From assembly GCA_002633005.1 (NCBI GenBank), contig NMRA01000571.1, positions 81,299 through 145,298 on the forward strand: a stretch of 64,000 bases of DNA, given 5' to 3'. Below, in pieces: positions 62,201 through 64,000 of this stretch. The DNA comes from Phoronis australis (lineage: Eukaryota > Animalia > Phoronida). Position numbers and translations under genes: made by a program. The stretch's first letter is position 1. Each line of letters starts with the position of its first letter. A model generated the notes under the pieces. That model made no database searches. It worked only from the letters and a program-made list of their open reading frames with translations, and was not told the origin of the DNA.

Positions 62201-63699
62201 CCCTGATACGCAGGTGCCTTAGGTACAAGAAAGACATGTACCCCCCTTGAATACTGGCCGGACTGTTGTTGTCTTGGTCACCTTCATCAAGCCCTAATAC
62301 AAAGAAAGCCACAACGGTAAAACCACAAGATGGAATGCCTACCTAGAATGGTTCAGTAGAGCAGACGTGCACATGTCTATCAAGATGCATTCTTCAGTTC
62401 TGCTATCATTAGACAATCAACTCAAATACTTTGGTCAGTGTCCAGGATTAGATTCTCCTCTTTGACAGAGGAAGAAAAATGCAATTTGATTTATTTAGTA
62501 TATATTTCAAAATCTCACACATTCCCATGTTAATCAACAAGGCAGACATTTTTGCTAATGCCTTGTTGCAAGCTTAAATGCAATATCACGACAGTTTGCT
62601 TGCATTACAAAAAATACGATAAAATGCATTCCTTGAGACACTTTTTACCACATCTGCACGACTGCGAGTAAACGGAAAAAATTCTTGACACATCATGTGT
62701 TGCATTGTGGGTAAATACCTTAAAATGAGAGTGGTGCTGTGGTATTTTAGGATGGGCCTATTGAGCTGGCCACAAAGTGACGGCATTATTGTGTGCTTAG
62801 TGCCACTCAAGTCCTAATCATAATAAAGAATTCAAAATGAATGCTCGACATGTAATCAAAGAAACTGGCCTTGGCTGATTACTTGGATGGCAGCAGATTG
62901 ACCACATGACTCAGCACACTCAGGGGAGATAACACGGGTGTCGCCATGCCCACTGCCACAAGATGGCATCACCTACCTAGCATCTGAACAGTGTTCATGT
63001 AGTCATAGCTGTCCCGCCTCTTTCTGGCACTCGTCGTACGCTGACGTCCCGCTGCTGAGAAGTTCACATTATCAGCTTCCTTATCATCCAAATCCAGCAT
63101 AGCAACATCCTCGCTGGACTTGCGGCTGCAAGAAACCAGTTTGAATGATCAAATTCTAATAGGTATGGTTCCATTATTTTCCAGAGGACTGTGAATGTGT
63201 GATCTTTGAAATGATGACAATGAACATGAGTGTTAACGACACCAATCAAGGTGATGTTGATAAGAATGTTATGAGGATACGAGTGATACTGTCAGTAAAA
63301 CTGCTACAAACACAATCTTAAAAATACTTTGACGACATATTACAATATTTTCATTTGCGTGACTGTTGTTTTCATCACTGATATTAATTTCTTGCTATGC
63401 AACGTCTGAGTTACCCTTTTTCGACATTTATTTCTCAACAAATGCATAGGAATGAAAAAAAGATTTTATAAATCATACATTTCACCAATTTTACAAACGG
63501 GAAATCCCTTAATTTAAAACAACAACAAAATTTTATTTCAGCCAGGTACCCACCTAGCAAACAGTTCGGGGTTGGTGTAGATCTTCCTCCAGATGGCACT
63601 GGTGTGGTTCTTTGTCTTGTTAGAGGTCACTGAGGCCGAATTGATTTTGCCGGGGTCACGGACCGAATAGGCATGTTGGCGTAGAGCATCCAGTACACG
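20186..63699 (-). CDS. CCDC162: CCDC162-like large coiled-coil protein, 5' end outside the window: 38 exons, 5601 nt, 1866 aa plus stop (counting the 3 duplicated exons once)
   Basis: All introns are GT-AG with continuous phase. Motifs FLYLRHLRIRDLQR.LSILNYFRSIERT, EVENHDDFY, ADWGGTEGIG, HGEILGVSLLMEDVL and RPRTV..RLRSK.AEQLL were recognised from memory as CCDC162 family. The C-terminal region is coiled coil. Confidence 0.82.
20622..21232. mobile_element. Non-autonomous Helentron-associated (HINE/DINE-1-like) element in the last intron
   Basis: Starts acaagag. 11-bp subterminal inverted repeat atgcgcccaca (20648-20658) / tgtgggcgcat (21217-21227). (CGGA)n microsatellite at ~21145-21182. Terminal hairpin at 21198-21227. 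Confidence 0.65.
21496..21683 (-). CDS. CCDC162: CCDC162-like exon (VVRSKTRL...QRPRTVN)
   Basis: CAG / GTGAGT, phase 1 to 0. Confidence 0.85.
23578..23857. mobile_element. MITE-like remnant; relative at 55906-56204
   Basis: The end ttaggccaaaaaa..aatt(a/g)gttctggtct is shared, in inverted orientation, with 56172-56204. Confidence 0.45.
24823..24908. repeat. Degenerate ~21-bp minisatellite x4
   Basis: tggctg(a/g)gg.cctg(t/c)ga..aa units. Confidence 0.7.
26258..26275 (-). CDS. Candidate 18-nt frame-preserving microexon of the CCDC162-like gene
   Basis: ctccaaacag|TTCAGAGAAGCAAATCTG|gtgagt, phase 1 to 1, no stop. Confidence 0.5.
27060..27144 (-). CDS. CCDC162: CCDC162-like exon (VYDMEVG...PPVT)
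   Basis: CAG / GTGAGT, phase 0 to 1. Confidence 0.85.
27600..27788 (-). CDS. CCDC162: CCDC162-like exon (FEELELKE...DDLQTQ)
   Basis: TAG / GTGAG, phase 0 to 0. Confidence 0.9.
28381..28476 (-). CDS. CCDC162: CCDC162-like exon (MKLKTEKE...NVEKL)
   Basis: CAG / GTAAG, phase 0 to 0. Confidence 0.88.
29474..30002. mobile_element. Old MITE with imperfect TIRs
   Basis: aggtgagtttctagtccaagatcgcaattagtgacc resembles the reverse complement of ggtcaccaagtgtaatcttggactagaccctcatct. Confidence 0.6.
30233..30403 (-). CDS. CCDC162: CCDC162-like exon (ISELTHE...DLEKE)
   Basis: CAG / GTGGG, phase 0 to 0. Confidence 0.88.
30666..30814 (-). CDS. CCDC162: CCDC162-like exon (ELYAENL...GFEKT)
   Basis: CAG / GTAGG, phase 1 to 0. 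Confidence 0.88.
31125..31225 (-). CDS. CCDC162: CCDC162-like exon (EDLHDSV...GFIG)
   Basis: CAG / GTAAA, phase 2 to 1. Confidence 0.85.
32060..32216 (-). CDS. CCDC162: CCDC162-like exon (VTALRAK...LDEY)
   Basis: CAG / GTGAG, phase 1 to 2. Confidence 0.9.
33019..33182 (-). CDS. CCDC162: CCDC162-like exon (YSMYYEGLL...HDLLM)
   Basis: TAG / GTGAG, phase 2 to 1. Confidence 0.9.
34032..34216 (-). CDS. CCDC162: CCDC162-like exon (AMKETFT...QNFE)
   Basis: CAG / GTGAG, phase 0 to 2. Confidence 0.9.
34505..34642 (-). CDS. CCDC162: CCDC162-like exon (LVKLLE...LPTDLWKKP)
   Basis: CAG / GTAAG, phase 0 to 0. Confidence 0.9.
35431..35581 (-). CDS. CCDC162: CCDC162-like exon (KLYKSDML...IRSKQ)
   Basis: CAG / GTGAC, phase 2 to 0. 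Confidence 0.87.
36684..36858 (-). CDS. CCDC162: CCDC162-like exon (AKPNKK...FLTLWKQLE...RDF)
   Basis: CAG / GTAGG, phase 1 to 2. Confidence 0.9.
37149..37420 (-). CDS. CCDC162: CCDC162-like exon (HVAHGEILGVSLLMEDVL...KSV), copy 1
   Basis: CAG / GTGAG, phase 2 to 1. Confidence 0.88.
38208..38297 (-). CDS. CCDC162: CCDC162-like exon (SGLFPKM...LREVD), copy 1
   Basis: CAG / GTATG, phase 2 to 2. Confidence 0.85.
39107..39258 (-). CDS. CCDC162: CCDC162-like exon (AIARNMH...YPWRSYIG), copy 1
   Basis: CAG / GTAAG, phase 0 to 2. Confidence 0.85.
39412..39683 (-). CDS. CCDC162: CCDC162-like exon (HVAHGEILG...), copy 2
   Basis: Duplicate of 37149-37420. Confidence 0.8.
40101..40157. repeat. (CACACC)n microsatellite; shorter allele at ~37840-37860
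   Basis: Directly visible. Confidence 0.85.
40494..40583 (-). CDS. CCDC162: CCDC162-like exon (SGLFPKM...), copy 2
   Basis: Duplicate of 38208-38297. Confidence 0.8.
41377..41528 (-). CDS. CCDC162: CCDC162-like exon (AIARNMH...), copy 2
   Basis: Duplicate of 39107-39258. Confidence 0.8.
42088..42266 (-). CDS. CCDC162: CCDC162-like exon (SELREIQ...LHAYQ)
   Basis: CAG / GTGAG, phase 1 to 0. Confidence 0.9.
42773..42902 (-). CDS. CCDC162: CCDC162-like exon (IVGSLHDI...ADWGGTEGI)
   Basis: CAG / GTAAG, phase 0 to 1. Confidence 0.9.
43546..43900. mobile_element. ~350-bp MITE; relatives at ~48920-49380, ~52170-52510 (inverted) and a fragment at ~660-775
   Basis: TIRs ggtaaacattctccagtttgggac ... 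gtcccaaacaggagaagttttacc. Shared internal gtaattcttgaatttggga and gcagttcataaaat motifs. Confidence 0.6.
43985..44151. repeat. 43-bp minisatellite x ~2.9 plus one degenerate unit
   Basis: tatgaaacagctgatctgagtggctgttctcatgacaacgcaa starts at 43985, 44028 and 44071. Confidence 0.93.
44182..44416 (-). CDS. CCDC162: CCDC162-like exon (DTYFMMG...NIWFIPH...YYLQ)
   Basis: CAG / GTGCG, phase 2 to 0. Confidence 0.9.
45015..45137 (-). CDS. CCDC162: CCDC162-like exon (SLIVGFC...RAQIIAYY...FPNI)
   Basis: CAG / GTAGG, phase 2 to 2. Confidence 0.87.
45573..46815. repeat. Tandem ~620-bp near-identical blocks joined at the N at 46196; probable allelic haplotigs
   Basis: 45573-46195 matches 46197-~46815 with SNPs and indels. 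Confidence 0.9.
46884..47118. repeat. 22-bp minisatellite (ccacaaggacacaagtgcactg) x ~10
   Basis: Head-to-tail units; source of the repetitive ORF-track peptides here. Confidence 0.95.
47148..47245 (-). CDS. CCDC162: CCDC162-like exon (IPSRDVMLN...EKLK)
   Basis: CAG / GTAAT, phase 0 to 2. Confidence 0.88.
47819..47978 (-). CDS. CCDC162: CCDC162-like exon (GRISPSE...PEAFVSIQLEK)
   Basis: CAG / GTGTG, phase 2 to 0. Confidence 0.88.
48766..48905 (-). CDS. CCDC162: CCDC162-like exon (LLKGKGVHSLQ...DTAK)
   Basis: CAG / GTAAG, phase 0 to 2. Confidence 0.85.
49910..50003 (-). CDS. CCDC162: CCDC162-like exon (FVPKDLCLAIHELD...LMQ)
   Basis: TAG / GTAGG, phase 2 to 0. Confidence 0.88.
51479..51633 (-). 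CDS. CCDC162: CCDC162-like exon (IYRKLATEMGF...PGVD)
   Basis: CAG / GTCAG, phase 0 to 2. Confidence 0.9.
52555..52761 (-). CDS. CCDC162: CCDC162-like exon (LFADNYAEDP...EILSK)
   Basis: CAG / GTATG, phase 0 to 0. Confidence 0.88.
53052..53280 (-). CDS. CCDC162: CCDC162-like exon (PALRNIYMLEFHPSL...TQRD)
   Basis: CAG / GTGAGT, phase 2 to 0. Confidence 0.9.
54054..54165. mobile_element. ~112-bp fold-back MITE; core relatives at ~3051-3110, ~4865-4922, ~6107-6164, ~14447-14490 and ~32333-32390
   Basis: Arms of ~41 bp (ggtaatagtc..tataa.gtgc.cg.attttgagaaccag and its inverse). The core ttttgagaaccag...ctggttctcaaaat recurs at the other loci. Confidence 0.7.
54742..54801. repeat. 26-bp tandem repeat x ~2.3
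   Basis: cgtggaaaaccagcacta(c/t)aattaaa units. Confidence 0.8.
55362..55388 (-). CDS. Candidate 27-nt symmetric microexon (adds GDEDAPQPR)
   Basis: accattccag|GGGCGACGAGGATGCGCCGCAACCACG|gtaact, phase 2 to 2. GC-rich island in an AT-rich intron. Confidence 0.6.
56342..56454 (-). CDS. CCDC162: CCDC162-like exon (IEDQREY...SVNIS)
   Basis: CAG / GTATG, phase 0 to 2. Confidence 0.88.
57024..57224 (-). CDS. CCDC162: CCDC162-like exon (LLNCYVEAYHH...LDKQ)
   Basis: CAG / GTATT, phase 0 to 0. Confidence 0.9.
57701..57817 (-). CDS. CCDC162: CCDC162-like exon (VRTAGDF...DRFAILLDLW...NKLH)
   Basis: CAG / GTAAG, phase 0 to 0. Confidence 0.9.
57940..59444. repeat. Near-identical blocks 57940-58571 and 58783-59444 around the N at 58572; probable allelic haplotigs
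   Basis: Colinear with SNPs and indels. Confidence 0.9.
58573..58782. mobile_element. End of an interspersed repeat homologous to ~2680-2865 and its copies
   Basis: Shares cctacaacat..., taaaggagac and aatgggcc.aaccatg.ggcctgcgcacg.ctgat.cac.gcaaa. Ends ...ccacctgcactg followed by a T run. Confidence 0.55.
59557..59662 (-). CDS. CCDC162: CCDC162-like exon (HLEDDLLLMATHFIEKD...RNQ)
   Basis: CAG / GTAGT, phase 2 to 0. Confidence 0.87.
60152..60289 (-). CDS. CCDC162: CCDC162-like exon (IDEAAFMEFSEVENHDDFY...EDL)
   Basis: TAG / GTAAG, phase 2 to 2. Confidence 0.9.
61051..61152 (-). CDS. CCDC162: CCDC162-like exon (HQNHRR...HNTPADF)
   Basis: TAG / GTAAG, phase 2 to 2. Confidence 0.88.
61655..61752 (-). 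CDS. CCDC162: CCDC162-like exon (TLSILNYFRSIERTITIND...)
   Basis: CAG / GTAAC, phase 0 to 2. Confidence 0.9.
62187..62293 (-). CDS. CCDC162: CCDC162-like exon (LDEGD...FLYLRHLRIRDLQRT)
   Basis: TAG / GTAAG, phase 1 to 0. Confidence 0.9.
62977..63125 (-). CDS. CCDC162: CCDC162-like exon (RKSSEDV...DSYDYMNTVQML)
   Basis: CAG / GTAGG, phase 2 to 1. Confidence 0.88.
63554..63699 (-). CDS. CCDC162: CCDC162-like exon, the most 5' in the window (RVLDALRQHA...WRKIY...LFA)
   Basis: TAG / GTGGG, phase 0 to 2. Confidence 0.85.
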
Positions 63700-64000
63700 C
63701 TAGAATGGCAGATGAGAATTACACGGACTTGTGGTACACAGCCGCTGAATGTGTGACTCAGAGAAACTCCAAGAAATACAGACAGTCTAAAAACATTCAA
63801 CATCACAAAACAAATTCATGGTAGAGGTAGGTAAAGAATTATCACTGAATTAAAAACCTGTTCAGTGAAAGAGGCACATGGGATCCAAACCAATTCAAAA
63901 ATGTCTAGAGATTATAATGGCACACTACACATAGTATAAATTCAATCGAATGTAAATGCGAAAAACAAGCTATAACAGAAGCACCTGGCTGACTAACATT

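Overview
AT-rich, intron-rich animal genomic DNA, probably from a marine invertebrate deuterostome such as a hemichordate (inference only). There is no prokaryotic, phage or CRISPR content. Three spliced genes were reconstructed by hand from GT-AG boundaries and codon phase. (1) The signal-peptide first exon of a probable ELAPOR/KIAA1324-family gene lies on the minus strand at 10973-11071, and positions 1-10972 are probably its intron 1. (2) Head-to-head with it, 460 bp away across an NRF1/X-box promoter, is a complete 4-exon CFAP276 (C1orf194) gene of 172 aa on the plus strand (11532-15302). This matches the human 1p13.3 arrangement as I recall it. (3) A 5'-truncated CCDC162-like gene on the minus strand (63699-20186) has 38 phase-consistent exons and 1866 aa in the window, plus candidate alternative microexons. 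Single-N joins (3678, 6973, 10469, 39338, 46196, 58572) mostly flank near-identical duplicated blocks that look like two haplotypes assembled in tandem. These expose a polymorphic TA-target DNA transposon with its empty site, a template-switch palindrome and other alleles. Introns carry MITEs, a Helentron/HINE-like element and minisatellites. I found no convincing wholly new system. The best leads are the conserved bidirectional gene pair, the microexons and the young transposon. All homology calls rest on recalled motifs, not database searches.
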